A DNA stretch of 51,527 nt from an uncultured Rhodospirillaceae bacterium (GTDB lineage: Bacteria; Pseudomonadota; Alphaproteobacteria; UBA7887). Location: positions 1 through 51,527 of the forward strand of contig CAJWQN010000001.1 in the NCBI GenBank assembly GCA_913045505.1, written 5' to 3'. Below the pieces are notes generated by a model. The model was not told the DNA's origin. It searched no databases and worked only from the letters and a program-made list of their open reading frames with translations. Positions 17,877-26,042 of this stretch are shown one piece after another. Position 1 is the first letter of the stretch. Every line of letters starts with the position of its first letter. The position numbers were made by a program, and so were the translations under genes.

Positions 17877-19997
17877 TCAGGTCCCGATCGGTGTGGCGTA
17901 GATCTCGATCCCGTCACGCAGGAACGCCGCGCGATCCGATTGAGGCCGCCAACCGAGGTCGTTCTTGGCGTCGGAGCAATCGAATCGCGCGGTCAGGCCG
18001 CGCGATTTCAGGTCGCGATAGCTCGGATAGGCGCCGCCGCGGCCGATCAGCAGCTTGATCAACCATTTCCCGACTTCGACCGCCTGGAGTCCGCCAACCG
18101 ATTGGGGATGGTAGCGGAGCGGCCGGCCGGTCGCCTCGCCCAGGACCTCGATGCACTCCTTCGCCGTCAACAACACGTCGCCAACCAAGTTGTAGCAGCG
18201 ACCGGTGGCGCGGTCCCGATCCAGGGCAAGCACGATGGCGTCGGCGACGTCGCCGGCCAGCACCAGAGGCAGAGGATTGTCGCCCTGGTTCCAGCCCAGG
18301 CAATGCTGCTCATTGTTGTAAAAACCGAACCCGCTGTGAAACGCGATCCCACCCTCTCCGACCACCACACCCGGGCGCAGGATGCAGACCGGGAGCCCGG
18401 CTTGGGCATGGAGATTCAGCAACACGCGATCGCTCTCCGCCTTGCCGCGCGCGTATATGCCTCGCTTCTCGGCTCGAGGATCGGGCGGTGTCCGCCCGCT
18501 GATCACGGCCGACCCATCACCCAAATAGAGCGCCGCGATCGAGCTGACATGGACCAGCTTGGCGACCCCGTTTCGCTGACAATTTTCGGCCACCCGTCGG
18601 GCGCTCCCGACCATCGTTCTCTCGATTTCCGGCCACGAGTCGCCACCACCGCCGTGAGCCAGATTGATCACGGCCCGGGCTTCGCCGATCCCGCGTTCGA
18701 TGTCCTCGCCACGATTCACGTCGCCGCCGATCAAGGTGACACCGTCTTCGTAAAAGGGCGGCGCCAGGTTGCGGATCGTCCGCGCCATCACGCCGACGGT
18801 TCGGCCCTCTCGGAGCAGGCGTTTGACCACATGGGCGCCAATGAATCCGGTTCCGCCCAGGACGGCGACATCGAACCGACGAGGGGTGCCCACGGCCGGT
18901 GTCGCGCGGGGCGCCTTCGCCTCGGTGAACGCGGTCGTGGCGATACGTTCGCAAACGCCGACCAGGCCGGCACCGAACCTACCGTCGGAACGTGGCGTTT
19001 CGCCGGCGTCCAAGGCGCGGTGGAAGGCCTCGATGCTCGCCTTCATGCTCAGGAAAAAGGCATCGGAGCGCGGCTTGAGATGAAAGGTGGCCAGCAGATA
19101 GTCGAGCGCGTTGCGCCGCGCCTGGGCGCCGATAAGGCGCCCGACCCGACGACCGCTCAAATAGGTGTCCAGGAATTCCAGCCAGCGCGTCCGCTCGGAG
19201 GTAAAGAACCGATTTCCGATCATGTCCGCCACGATCGCGCCATCGTCGCACACGGCCGTGATCTGCCAGACGGGGTATTCGCGTCCCATGGCGAAATAGA
19301 GATGCGCCTGGCCCTGTTGGCCGCGCAAACTGACATCGACGGAGTCGTGAAACGGTATGCCGGGCGAGATTTCCACGGGACTCGTCGCCAGCGCCGCCAT
19401 CTCACCGACCTCGCCCACCAGCGCGCAAATCTGCGAGAGCGGATGCACGGCCTGCTCGAGAAGAATGTTGACCGGTTTGTCGAACATCCAGTGGCCGAGC
19501 TGTCCAGCCGCCAATTGTCGCAACGGCATGTTGTATATGCAGTCGACGGCGCGAAGCGGGCCCAGTGACTTGGCCGAGACCAAAGCGAGCAGTTTCGCGA
19601 ACGCCGGGTGATAGATGAAATTCTGGTTGACGCCCAGGGTCGCGCCACCTTTGGCGGCTAGCGCGGTGAGCGACTCGCATTCCTGGACCGACACCCCCAG
19701 CGGCTTTTCCAGAAGAACCGGAATTCCGGCCTCGAGAAATTCCGCCGCGATGGCGTGATGATGTTGCGGCGGGACCAGGATATGGGCGCAATCGATAGGT
19801 CCGGAATCGAGGGCCGCGGCGACGCTGCCATGGACGTTTTCGATCCCCCATGTCTTGGCCAGCGCCCGCGCCGCGGCCTCATTCGGGTCGACGACCGTGG
19901 TGGCCCGACATCCGGGAATTGCCTTCAAGGCCTCGGCATGAGCACCAGAAATGTTTCCCGCTCCAACCAGGCAGATTCTACGGATCGTCGGTCCCAT
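17877..19997 (-). CDS. fusion protein: Gfo/Idh/MocA oxidoreductase (N) + NAD-dependent epimerase/dehydratase (C)
   Basis: The N-terminus has ICLVGAGNISGAHAEAL ... GIPVLLEKPL (Gfo/Idh/MocA). From about aa 385 it has VAVLGGTGFIGAHVVKRLL and YARGK (Rossmann fold plus YxxxK of extended SDRs). It is a single uninterrupted 706-aa frame. Confidence 0.75.
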   Translation of the reverse strand: MGPTIRRICLVGAGNISGAHAEALKAIPGCRATTVVDPNEAAARALAKTWGIENVHGSVAAALDSGPIDCAHILVPPQHHHAIAAEFLEAGIPVLLEKPLGVSVQECESLTALAAKGGATLGVNQNFIYHPAFAKLLALVSAKSLGPLRAVDCIYNMPLRQLAAGQLGHWMFDKPVNILLEQAVHPLSQICALVGEVGEMAALATSPVEISPGIPFHDSVDVSLRGQQGQAHLYFAMGREYPVWQITAVCDDGAIVADMIGNRFFTSERTRWLEFLDTYLSGRRVGRLIGAQARRNALDYLLATFHLKPRSDAFFLSMKASIEAFHRALDAGETPRSDGRFGAGLVGVCERIATTAFTEAKAPRATPAVGTPRRFDVAVLGGTGFIGAHVVKRLLREGRTVGVMARTIRNLAPPFYEDGVTLIGGDVNRGEDIERGIGEARAVINLAHGGGGDSWPEIERTMVGSARRVAENCQRNGVAKLVHVSSIAALYLGDGSAVISGRTPPDPRAEKRGIYARGKAESDRVLLNLHAQAGLPVCILRPGVVVGEGGIAFHSGFGFYNNEQHCLGWNQGDNPLPLVLAGDVADAIVLALDRDRATGRCYNLVGDVLLTAKECIEVLGEATGRPLRYHPQSVGGLQAVEVGKWLIKLLIGRGGAYPSYRDLKSRGLTARFDCSDAKNDLGWRPQSDRAAFLRDGIEIYATPIGT

Positions 19998-20037
19998 TTA
20001 TTCCTCATTTACTCATTGCACGACGACAATCTGGCGA

Positions 20038-21195
20038 TCAAGCGCCGCCGATGGCGTAATGGCGGCCTTTCCAACGGACGCCCTTGCCCCGCCAATGACG
20101 GATCGCGGAGGTCCATGTCATCAACAGAAACAGAGTGCCGATCACCGGCATCGCCAGCGCCCAGAACGGGGAGCGCCGATAGTAGCGAAGCACCGGAAGA
20201 TAGGCGAGCGCCATGGTGGCCAAACCCAACAAACCTAGCGCCGCGGCCAGCCCGTCGACGATCGCCAGGGCTGCGACCGGCGCCCCGAACGCCGTCATCA
20301 TCAGCAGGGTACAGAGGGCGAGCAACAGCGGAGCCCGGCGCAGTTGGGCATAGGCCGTCCGCGCCACCAGGTCCCAGACCGAAGCCAGGGTCGGATAAGC
20401 GCGCCGGCTCCGGACCCCGTGACTGAGTCCGATCCAGATTCGACCCCCCGCCCGCTTGATCGCCGCGGCCAAGGCGCAATCGTCGATCAGGGCGCCGTGG
20501 ATGGCGGCGAATCCGCCGATCCGGTCGAGCGCTTGGCCATCGATCAGGATACAGCCGCCGGCCGCCGCCGCGAACCGCCGGCCTGGTCGGTTGGCCAGGC
20601 GGAACGGATAGAGCAGCTTGAAAAAATGAATGAACGCGGGCATCAGCAGGCGCTCCCAGACTCCGTCCATGCGCAGCGCCGCCATCAGCGAGACCATCGC
20701 CAGGCCATCGCGCTCGCGTTTGCGCGCGAGCGCCACGATCATGCCGGGTGCGATGGCGATATCGGCGTCGAGCAGCAGGATCAACGGTGTTTCGACCCGC
20801 GCCCGCCCCTGTTCCAGCGCCCACAGCTTGCCGCTCCAGCCGGCCGGCGGCGGCATGCCCGAGATCACGTGCAGTTTCTCGAGCCCGGCGGCCCGGGCGA
20901 TCGCGGCGGTCCCGTCTCCCGACTGATCGTCGATCAGGAGCACTCGGAGACCTGCCCCCTGACCGTCGAGCGCCGCCAGCGTCCCGCCGATCACGGCCGC
21001 CTCGTCGCGAGCCGGTATCAGCACGGTGATGTCGTCGAGCGGCCAAGGTCCGGTTCCGGGCGCCGGGTCGGGCTCGGGTTCGAGCGTCTCGCCGATTCGC
21101 CAGGGCTGCCAAGGCGCGATCAACACCGCCAGCCACAGCGCCGCGCCGGCGGCCGCGAACCAAGTCATCAGCGCGGCCCCGGTCGCCATGGTCAT
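20038..21195 (-). CDS. membrane glycosyltransferase family 2, HpnB-like
   Basis: It has an N-terminal TM segment, then TVLIPARDEAAVIGGTLAALDGQG..LRVLLIDDQSGDGTAAIARAAG..ISGMPPPAGWSGKLWALEQG and C-terminal TM helices. From memory this pattern resembles the hopene-associated GT HpnB; this was not verified. The second ATG at 21189 is an alternative start. Confidence 0.7.
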   Translation of the reverse strand: MTMATGAALMTWFAAAGAALWLAVLIAPWQPWRIGETLEPEPDPAPGTGPWPLDDITVLIPARDEAAVIGGTLAALDGQGAGLRVLLIDDQSGDGTAAIARAAGLEKLHVISGMPPPAGWSGKLWALEQGRARVETPLILLLDADIAIAPGMIVALARKRERDGLAMVSLMAALRMDGVWERLLMPAFIHFFKLLYPFRLANRPGRRFAAAAGGCILIDGQALDRIGGFAAIHGALIDDCALAAAIKRAGGRIWIGLSHGVRSRRAYPTLASVWDLVARTAYAQLRRAPLLLALCTLLMMTAFGAPVAALAIVDGLAAALGLLGLATMALAYLPVLRYYRRSPFWALAMPVIGTLFLLMTWTSAIRHWRGKGVRWKGRHYAIGGA

Positions 21196-21246
21196 CCCTT
21201 CAGGCGCGCGCGTCGATCCCGAACGGGCGCACCGGCGTGCCCGCGA

Positions 21247-21363
21247 TCATCGGCACTTCGCCGCTCGACACCCGGACCCGGCCGACGCTCTCTTCTCTTC
21301 TTCGGCCGCCGCCGGCGCCGCGACCGCCGCGAGCAGCAACACGATTCCTAAAAGCTTGTTCAT
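21247..21363 (-). CDS. possible small secreted peptide (38 aa, not in ORF track)
   Basis: Hand translation gives MNKLLGIVLLLAAVAAPAAAEEEKRASAGSGCRAAKCR followed by a stop. It has a signal-peptide-like N-terminus and an unusually AT-rich start (ATGAACAAGCTTTTAGGAATC) in a GC-rich genome. It ends about 50 nt upstream of the GT2 gene. No homology support. Confidence 0.3.
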   Translation of the reverse strand: MNKLLGIVLLLAAVAAPAAAEEEKRASAGSGCRAAKCR

Positions 21364-21426
21364 GCCCTACCATAACCCGCCGCACCGCACCGGCAAACGC
21401 TCCGGACAAACGCGGGAGAACGAGAC

Positions 21427-22416
21427 ATGGGCATGATGGTTGATGGCCAGTGGCGGGAGGACGATGGAAGCTGGGCAACCGGCGGCCGGTTCGTCCGCCG
21501 GGAGTCCCAGTTCCGCGATTCGATCGTGGCCGCGGAGGGAACCGGGGCGGAGGCGCCCTATACGGCCGCGGCCGGGCGTTATCATCTCTATGTGTCCCTG
21601 GCCTGTCCTTGGGCCCACCGGACCCTGATCGTGCGCAAGCTCAAGCGGCTCGAGAACGCGATCTCGCTCTCGGTGGTGGATCCGTTGTCGGGACCCGGCG
21701 GCTGGCATTTCAGCGACGGACCTGGGTGCGTTCCGGACCCGATCGGGAGCGCCCAATTCCTGCACCAAGTTTACGCCCGCGCCCAGTCCGACTACACCGG
21801 CCGGGTCACGGTGCCGGTGCTGTGGGACAAGGGTCGCGGGCGCATCGTCAACAACGAATCGGCCGAGATCATCCGCATGTTCAACGGCGCCTTCAACGAC
21901 ATCGGCGATGCCACCGTCGATCTGTATCCGCCACTGCTGCGCACCGAGATCGACGCGGTCAACGCCGATGTCTACGAGAACATCAACAACGGCGTCTACA
22001 AATGCGGCTTCGCCACATCCCAGGACGCCTATGATGAGGCGTTCGACGCCCTGTTCGCCGCGCTCGGGCGGATCGAGGCGCGGCTCGACCGCCAGCGCTA
22101 CCTCTGCGGAGCTCAACTAACCGAGGCCGATTGGCGGCTGTTCACGACCCTGATCCGGTTCGACGCGGTCTATGTCGGCCATTTCAAATGCAGTCTCCGG
22201 CGCATCGCGGATTATCCGAACCTGTCCAATTATCTGCGCGAACTCTACCAGGTGCCGGGCATCGGAGAGACCTGCGACTTCACCCATATCAAGAGCCACT
22301 ACTACCGGAGCCACGTCTCGATCAACCCGACCGGAATCGTCCCCCGCGGCCCCGCGATGGCCCTCGACACGGCCCATGATCGCGATCGCTTCGCCGCCGC
22401 CTCGGCGGCGGAATAG
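21427..22416 (+). CDS. yqjG: glutathionyl-hydroquinone reductase (Xi-class GST, YqjG/ECM4 family)
   Basis: MGMMVDGQWRED and GRYHLYVSLACPWAHRTLIVRKLK (the CPWA active site) are present. At 329 aa it is typical of YqjG. Confidence 0.85.
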   Translation: MGMMVDGQWREDDGSWATGGRFVRRESQFRDSIVAAEGTGAEAPYTAAAGRYHLYVSLACPWAHRTLIVRKLKRLENAISLSVVDPLSGPGGWHFSDGPGCVPDPIGSAQFLHQVYARAQSDYTGRVTVPVLWDKGRGRIVNNESAEIIRMFNGAFNDIGDATVDLYPPLLRTEIDAVNADVYENINNGVYKCGFATSQDAYDEAFDALFAALGRIEARLDRQRYLCGAQLTEADWRLFTTLIRFDAVYVGHFKCSLRRIADYPNLSNYLRELYQVPGIGETCDFTHIKSHYYRSHVSINPTGIVPRGPAMALDTAHDRDRFAAASAAE

Positions 22417-22422
22417 GCCGGG

Positions 22423-23142
22423 TCAACCCCGCTCGGCCACGAACAGCGCGCGGGTCGCCAGGACCGCCGCCAGCGGCTTGGGCAGCAAGGATTCCAGGCG
22501 CGCCGCCGCCCCGATCAGGGCCGCGGGCAACCCCCAAGGGCGAAAGCCGCCGGTCATGACGTAGGAGACGATGCCAAACGGCGCGACCCGAATCGTCGTC
22601 AGGCCGCCCCCATGGCGGGCCAGCTCCTCGGGCCGATCGGCCAGCACCGTCTTCGGGATCATCGCGTTGCCCTCCAGCGGATGCTTGTCCGCCGGCATCG
22701 CCTGGAACCACGGATCGGCAACGGCGACGCAAGATTCATGATGGAAATAGCGATACATGAAGCGGCCGAACAGGCCGGTCCAGGGCTCGATAAGGACCAG
22801 CCGCCCGCCGGGGCGCAGCACCCGCGCGATCTCGGCCAGTGCCGCCGCCGGGCGGGCCAGGTGATGGAGCACGTCGATGCCGGCGACGTTGGCGAAACTG
22901 TTCGGCCGAAAGGGAAGCGCTTGGGCGTCGAGGCAGATATCGACCGCGGGCCCGAGCACGATGTCGGCGCTGACCATCCCCGGATTGTAGGCGGCGAAAA
23001 ATCCCGGCCCGGAGCCGATTTCCAGGGTCGGTCCCGCGACCAGGGCCGCCGCCAGGCGGGCGAAAATCTGATCCCGATAATAGGCTCTCAGACCCGGCTT
23101 CGCCTCCCACGGCCGCCAGTGCTCGGCGGTCGAGTCAGCCAT
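22423..23142 (-). CDS. class I SAM-dependent methyltransferase
   Basis: It has LEIGSGPGFF (motif I) and VLRPGGRLVLIEPW (the post-II/III region). Its start overlaps the stop of the upstream NosR-like gene (ATGGCTGA, 8 nt). Confidence 0.7.
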   Translation of the reverse strand: MADSTAEHWRPWEAKPGLRAYYRDQIFARLAAALVAGPTLEIGSGPGFFAAYNPGMVSADIVLGPAVDICLDAQALPFRPNSFANVAGIDVLHHLARPAAALAEIARVLRPGGRLVLIEPWTGLFGRFMYRYFHHESCVAVADPWFQAMPADKHPLEGNAMIPKTVLADRPEELARHGGGLTTIRVAPFGIVSYVMTGGFRPWGLPAALIGAAARLESLLPKPLAAVLATRALFVAERG

Positions 23143-25312
23143 CGCGCGCGAGCGCTCCCAAGGGGGCGGGCGCCGGCGCGTCCAGGCGCCTTTTGCGGGC
23201 GGCCACCAGCGGTGGGCAGCGCCGGTCGTCGTGATATTCGACTTGGCAATCGAGGTATTGGAAGCATTCGCTCATGACGATATGGCCGTCGCCGGCGATC
23301 GCGCCGATCGGGCAGGAGGACTCGCAAATCCGGCAGGGATTGCCGCACGCCGCGCGCCGCTTGAGCCAATGGAGCCGGTGGAAACGACCCAACACCGCCA
23401 GCATCGCACCCAGCGGACACAGATAACGGCAGAAAAAACGCTCGACCAGCAGACCCGCCGCCAGCAACAGAGCGGCATACATGACATAGGGCCAGGACCG
23501 CTGGAAGCCGAGCGAGATGGCGGTCTTGAAGGGCTCGATTTCGGCGGCCGTGGTGGCCATGTCGAGGGACAGAAACGCCAGCGCGAGCAGGCCGGCGGCC
23601 AGCGCGTATTTGATCCGCCACAGCCGGCGCTGAAGGGGCTCCGGCACTTCCCATGGCCGAATTCCGATCCATCCCGCCAGCTTTCTCAGCAACTCCTGCA
23701 GCGCCCCGAACGGGCACAGCCAGCCGCAGAACACGCCACGTCCCCACAGAATCAGCGTCGCCGCCACATAGACGGTGAGGATCACCAGCAGCGGATCGAA
23801 CAGCAGCGAGCGCCAGGCGACCGCGCCGAAAGCGGCCTGAATCCACGTGATCGCGGTCAGCACGGTGAGCTGGGCACCGGCGATCCATCCCAGCCAGACC
23901 ACCGTTACCGCCAGCAGGCTCAGACGGACCACGTCGTGGAGCCGGCGGCGCCGGCTCAAACGCTCTTGCAGCAGCATGACCCCGGTGACCGCCCCCAACA
24001 ACGCCACCAGAGCGAGGATTTGCCATTGCTTGTCGGCCCAGGCGCGCTGCCAATCGGTGAGCCGGCTCGCGCGCAACAGGCCGAACCCGACCATGTGGGG
24101 CGCCTTGAAACCCGCGTCCTCCAGCGCCGCGTCGTCGCCGATCACGTAGGCGGCCGGGACCCGATACGGCAGCACAAAATCAACCGCCCGCGGCGTCTCG
24201 CCCGCCGCCGCCTCGAACACGCGCAACTCCAGCACCCAGGGCGCCAGCGGGTCGAATCCGCTGTCCGGGCGCATCCGAAACCGCCCGGCGTTGGTGAGTT
24301 TCGGGTAATCCGCGATCGCCAGGCGCCGGGCGCGATTGAAGTTCTCGGGCACCAGCGCCATCACGTTGTCGCCCTGGCGAATCCGCACCCGATCGAAAAT
24401 CGGCACCAGCCACGGATTGCGCGGAATCCACCGATAGGGGCCGGTCGAGGCGATCAGAATCTGATGCTCGCCGGTCTTGGAGGATTTCCGGAGTTCCCGG
24501 TGAGCGCGGGCGCCGAATAGATTGCGCCCGAGCGTGGGCGGCGTCGCCACCGCCGCGAAGAGGGTGATAAACGGGGCCTCGTCGGCGCCCAGATCGACCT
24601 CGGGCCGCGCGCCGGAACCGAGGCGGGCGGAGAACGCGGATCGCACATCGCGGTTGGTCAAGGCGAGAGACGCGATCGCGTCCTCGGCGAGAAGGTCCGG
24701 CCAGGTCCGCGCGGTGTAATTGTAGATGTTCAGCGACAGGCCGCCGGCGCCCTCGTCGATAATCTTGCGCAGATACCCGATCCGGACCGCCGAATCGAGC
24801 ATCGCGCGCTTCATCGCCATGGCGCTGATGGTGGCGCCCGAGATCGAATCGAGACCTTCGGTGCCGACCCGGCGCGAGACGCGGATATCGGTCCCGTGTA
24901 GGCCACTCAGGAATTTCGTGAACCGCTCGGGCGGGACCATTCCTTCCGAGATCAGCGGCTCGTGTTCCTCGAGCAGATTGTGGCCGCGAATCACGCCGTC
25001 GCGATCGAGCGCGACGACGATATCGAACGAATTGCCGTTATAACCGGCCGGGCGCACCGTTTCATGGGTCGAGAACAGGTAGCCCACCGGCGCGCGGTCC
25101 CGAAACACCGTCGCCACCGGCGGATCTCCGGCCACCACGACGCCCCCATCGCTGCCCGGAAACAGGCTCTCGATCACCTCCGGAACCAATCGGGTCGCCA
25201 AGGGGTCGTCCATGCCACCATGGGCCGGCGCGCCCGCCAGTAGGGCAAGGAGCGCCGCCGTGACGCCGGCTGTTCTCATCGCGAGCACCAGGCGCTGGGG
25301 GCGCCACATCAC
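23135..25312 (-). CDS. NosR/NirI-family membrane flavo-iron-sulfur protein
   Basis: About 725 aa. It has a signal/TM segment and a periplasmic FMN-bind domain with the flavinylation-type motif DSISGATISAMAM, followed by polytopic TM helices. CGWLCPFGALQELL and the ferredoxin-like C-terminus ACGNPCRICESSCPIGAI are present. The start is GTG 25312 or ATG 25309. Confidence 0.8.
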   Translation of the reverse strand: MMWRPQRLVLAMRTAGVTAALLALLAGAPAHGGMDDPLATRLVPEVIESLFPGSDGGVVVAGDPPVATVFRDRAPVGYLFSTHETVRPAGYNGNSFDIVVALDRDGVIRGHNLLEEHEPLISEGMVPPERFTKFLSGLHGTDIRVSRRVGTEGLDSISGATISAMAMKRAMLDSAVRIGYLRKIIDEGAGGLSLNIYNYTARTWPDLLAEDAIASLALTNRDVRSAFSARLGSGARPEVDLGADEAPFITLFAAVATPPTLGRNLFGARAHRELRKSSKTGEHQILIASTGPYRWIPRNPWLVPIFDRVRIRQGDNVMALVPENFNRARRLAIADYPKLTNAGRFRMRPDSGFDPLAPWVLELRVFEAAAGETPRAVDFVLPYRVPAAYVIGDDAALEDAGFKAPHMVGFGLLRASRLTDWQRAWADKQWQILALVALLGAVTGVMLLQERLSRRRRLHDVVRLSLLAVTVVWLGWIAGAQLTVLTAITWIQAAFGAVAWRSLLFDPLLVILTVYVAATLILWGRGVFCGWLCPFGALQELLRKLAGWIGIRPWEVPEPLQRRLWRIKYALAAGLLALAFLSLDMATTAAEIEPFKTAISLGFQRSWPYVMYAALLLAAGLLVERFFCRYLCPLGAMLAVLGRFHRLHWLKRRAACGNPCRICESSCPIGAIAGDGHIVMSECFQYLDCQVEYHDDRRCPPLVAARKRRLDAPAPAPLGALARDG

Positions 25313-25533
25313 CGATCACCGGAACAGAAAGTGTCGAACACCGCCCGCTGTGCTACCGCATCCCGTAGCCATGGGCAATCCACCACGACGAAGCGATGCT
25401 CCGGGGGCGTGGCGGGTTTGGCCACGGCCGGCGGGCGGCCGTCATGGGATTTGTCGGCTAGGTGTGGTCCGGCGGATCAGCCGCTGCTGGCGATCGCGGA
25501 ACGCGGTTTCGCGTCGGCGGCGTTCGAATTGGG

Positions 25534-25683
25534 TTAGGCGCCGGCCAACCCGCCCGCGAGCGCGGAGCCGATCAAAATCCAGGTGCCGATCGAAAACAGG
25601 ATCCAAGCGACGATGGCCATGCGCCAGGGCAGGCGCTCACCGTCGCGTCCCTTGCCGGTATCGAATGCCTGCGTTGTGTCCAT
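25534..25683 (-). CDS. possible small membrane protein (49 aa, not in ORF track)
   Basis: Hand translation gives MDTTQAFDTGKGRDGERLPWRMAIVAWILFSIGTWILIGSALAGGLAGA followed by a stop. It has one clear TM helix, G/C third-position bias, and a GGAG about 12 nt upstream of the ATG. It lies about 220 nt upstream of the NosR-like gene on the same strand. Confidence 0.4.
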   Translation of the reverse strand: MDTTQAFDTGKGRDGERLPWRMAIVAWILFSIGTWILIGSALAGGLAGA

Positions 25684-26042
25684 TGGAAGCATTGCTCCGT
25701 TGATCCCTTGCTAATGCCACCCCGATCTGCGCCGGATTGTGGTGTCGAAATGACCTTAAGCAATATAGTGTTAAGCAATTTTGATGCCACATCCGGCACA
25801 TTGTTTTTTTTCAAAGGCTTATGACGATTGCGTCGGTCCGCGCCGGATGGAGTTGTCAAGAACACCGACAGTATCTGGCCGGAACGGGCGCCCTGGGCGG
25901 GCGGCGATCGTCGTGATCACCGGCCTCGCCGGAGGTGGTCGCGATTCGGCAGGCTTGACACGGCGCCGGGCGCAAGGCACCCAGGGTTCGGTGATTGATC
26001 CGGTGGGGGAGCCGCGCGCGCAAAGCACGCGGTTGGCGCGAC

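Noticed and set aside
25781-25795. TTGATGCCACATCC as a possible FNR/CRP-type box (TTGAT-N4-ATCAA) in the AT-rich intergenic region.
   Set aside because: The right half-site does not match ATCAA at either N4 or N5 spacing.
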